Part shown: one piece after another, positions 62,543 to 64,000 of the stretch | Layout of the letters: each line of letters starts with the position of its first letter | Numbering within the stretch: position 1 is the stretch's first letter | Source of the DNA: the human T2T-CHM13v2.0 reference genome, Homo sapiens | DNA length: 64,000 nt | Strand: one strand, 5' to 3' | Assembly (NCBI RefSeq): GCF_009914755.1 | Contig: NC_060942.1 | The notes under the pieces: generated by a model | What the model was told of the DNA's origin: nothing | Databases searched by the model: none | Seen by the model: only the letters and a program-made list of their open reading frames with translations | Position numbers and translations under genes: made by a program

Positions 62543-63902
62543 CATTCTCAGAAACTAGTTTCTGATGTGTGTCCTCAACTAACACAGTTGAACATTTCTA
62601 TAGACAGAACAGTTTTGAAACACTCTTTTTGTGGAATCTGCAAGTGGCTATTTGGCTAGATTTGAGGATTTCGTTGGAAACGGGATTACATATAAAAAGC
62701 AGTCAGCAGCATTCTCAGAAAGTTCTTTGTCATGATTGCATTCAAGTCACAGAATTGAACATTCCCTTTCACAGAGCAGGTTTGAAACACTCTTTTTGTA
62801 GTGTGTGTAAGTGGACATTTGGAACCCTTACCGGCCTAAGGTGAAAAAGGAAATATCTTCCCATAAAAACTAGACAGAAGCATTCTCAGAAACTTACTCG
62901 TGATGTGTGTCCTCAACTAAAGGAGTAGAACCTTTCTTTTCATAGAGAAGTTTTGAAACGCTCTTTTTGTGGAATCTGCAAGTGGATATTTGGCTAGTTT
63001 TGAGGATTTCGTTGGAAGCGGGAATTCATACAAATTGCAGACTGCAGCGTTCTGAGAAACATCTTTGTGATGTTTGTATTCAGGACACAGAGTTGAACAT
63101 TCCCTATCATAGAGCAGGTTGGAATCACTCCTTTTGTAGTATCTGGAAGTGGACATTTGGAGCGCTTTCAGGCCTATGTTGAAAAAGGAAATATCTTCCC
63201 ATAACAACTAGACACAAGCATTCTCAGAAACTTGTTTGTGATGTGTGCCCTCTACTGACAGAGTTGAACCTTTCTTTTCATAGAGCAGTTTTGAAACACT
63301 CTTTTTGTAGAATCCGCAAGAGGATATTTGCATAGCTTTGAGGATTTCGTGGGAAACGGGATTGTCTTCAGGTAAAATCTAGACAGAAGCATCCTCAGAA
63401 ACTTCTTTGGGATGTTTGCATTCAAGTCACAGAGTAGAACATTCCCTTTGGTAGAGCAGGTTTGAAACACTCTTTTTGTAGTATCTGGAAGTGGACATTT
63501 GGAGCGCTTTCAGGCCCATGTTGGAAAGGGAAATATCTTCCCGTAACAACTAGGCAGAAGCATTCTCAGAAACTTATTTGAGATGTGTGGACTCAACTAA
63601 GAGAATTGAACCACCGTTTTGAAGGAGCAGTTTTGAAACACTCTTTTTCTGGAATCTGCAAGAGTATATTTGCCTAGCCTTGAGGATTTCGTTGGAAACG
63701 GGATTGTCTTCAGATAAAATCTAGACAGAAGCATTCTCAGAAACTTCTTTGGGATGTTTGCATTCAAGTCACAGAGTAGAACATTCCCTTTGGTAGAGCA
63801 GGTATGAAACACTCTTTTTTTAGTATATGGAAGTGGACATTTGGAGCGCTTTCAGGCCTACGTTGGAAAAGGAAATATCTTCCCATAACAACTAGACAGA
63901 AG
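62543..63902 (+). repeat. Hybrid 8-mer HOR following the 12-mer block
   Basis: 1360 bp long. Monomers 1-3 carry 12-mer alleles (GGAACCCTTA, GGAATCTGCA, AGTTGAAC). The end of monomer 4 carries 8-mer alleles (ATGTTGAAAAAGG, GACACAAG) and runs directly into the CTTGTTTGTG monomer. Confidence 0.93.
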
Positions 63903-64000
63903 CATTCTCAGAAACTAGTTTCTGATGTGTGTCCTCAACTAACACAGTTGAACTTTTCTTTAGACAGAACAGTTTTGAAACACTCTTTTTGTGGAATCTG

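Larger units (their letters stand above)
1..64000 (+). repeat. Centromeric alpha-satellite (ALR/Alpha) HOR array, dimeric SF2-type, single orientation
   Basis: Monomer starts (CATTCTCAGAAA / CGTTCTGAGAAA) at 26, 193, 364, 531, 702, 872, 1043, 1214, 1385 and onward give 167-171 bp spacing throughout. Typical alphoid motifs are present (GTTTTGAAACACTCTTTTTGT, GGAAATATCTTCCCAT), with a CENP-B box in alternate monomers. Confidence 0.99.
1..64000 (+). repeat. Probable human chromosome 18 array D18Z1 (S2C18H1L; 12-mer with 8-mer variant)
   Basis: 12-mer of 2035 bp plus 8-mer of 1360 bp. There is one EcoRI site per 8-mer (e.g. 505-510) and two per 12-mer (50812, 51487, next at 52847), giving 675- and 1360-bp fragments. 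This matches the ~0.68/1.36-kb EcoRI organisation I recall for D18Z1. Not confirmed by alignment. Confidence 0.78.

Noticed and set aside
52-63812. Hundreds of 60-100 aa ORFs on both strands (MSSTNT..., MFQTCS..., MKHSFF..., MLWEDI...)
   Set aside because: They are chance frames repeated with the satellite period, mostly with GTG/TTG starts, overlap in several frames, and gain or lose stops at random. I used them only as positional markers.
26-63902. CRISPR-like periodic conserved motif (AGCATTCTCAGAAACT) with intervening 'spacers'
   Set aside because: The intervening sequences are homologous ~150-bp monomer bodies, not unique spacers; there are no cas genes and the sequence is eukaryotic satellite.
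1-64000. Inversions, L1/Alu insertions, monomeric divergent layer or array edge
   Set aside because: All CENP-B boxes read on the + strand and unit spacings are fully accounted for by whole monomers, leaving no room for inserted sequence.

Overview
The whole 64 kb window is uninterrupted primate (almost certainly human) centromeric alpha-satellite DNA. It consists of ~171-bp monomers in one orientation, with a CENP-B box in every second monomer (dimeric SF2-type layout). Taking CATTCTCAGAAACTAGTTTCTG as the unit start, I count 44 complete higher-order repeat (HOR) units from 26 to 63902 (376 monomers): 35 8-mers (1357-1360 bp), six tandem 12-mers (2035 bp, 50333-62542), two 6-mers (1018 bp) and one 2043-bp unit (8-mer plus an orphan tetramer). 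The 2035/1360-bp sizes and the EcoRI spacing (1360 and 675 bp) best fit the chromosome 18 array D18Z1 (S2C18H1L); this assignment is from memory, not an alignment. I found no genes, transposons, inversions or CRISPR arrays, and all ORFs in the track are satellite artefacts. I did not find a new gene-based system. What is worth attention is the recombination record: an 8158-bp repeat of six HORs, a 12-mer island whose two junctions fall in the same 215-bp internal homology, three deletions with mappable breakpoints, a dense SNV cluster and three disrupted CENP-B boxes. All variant calls were made by eye.
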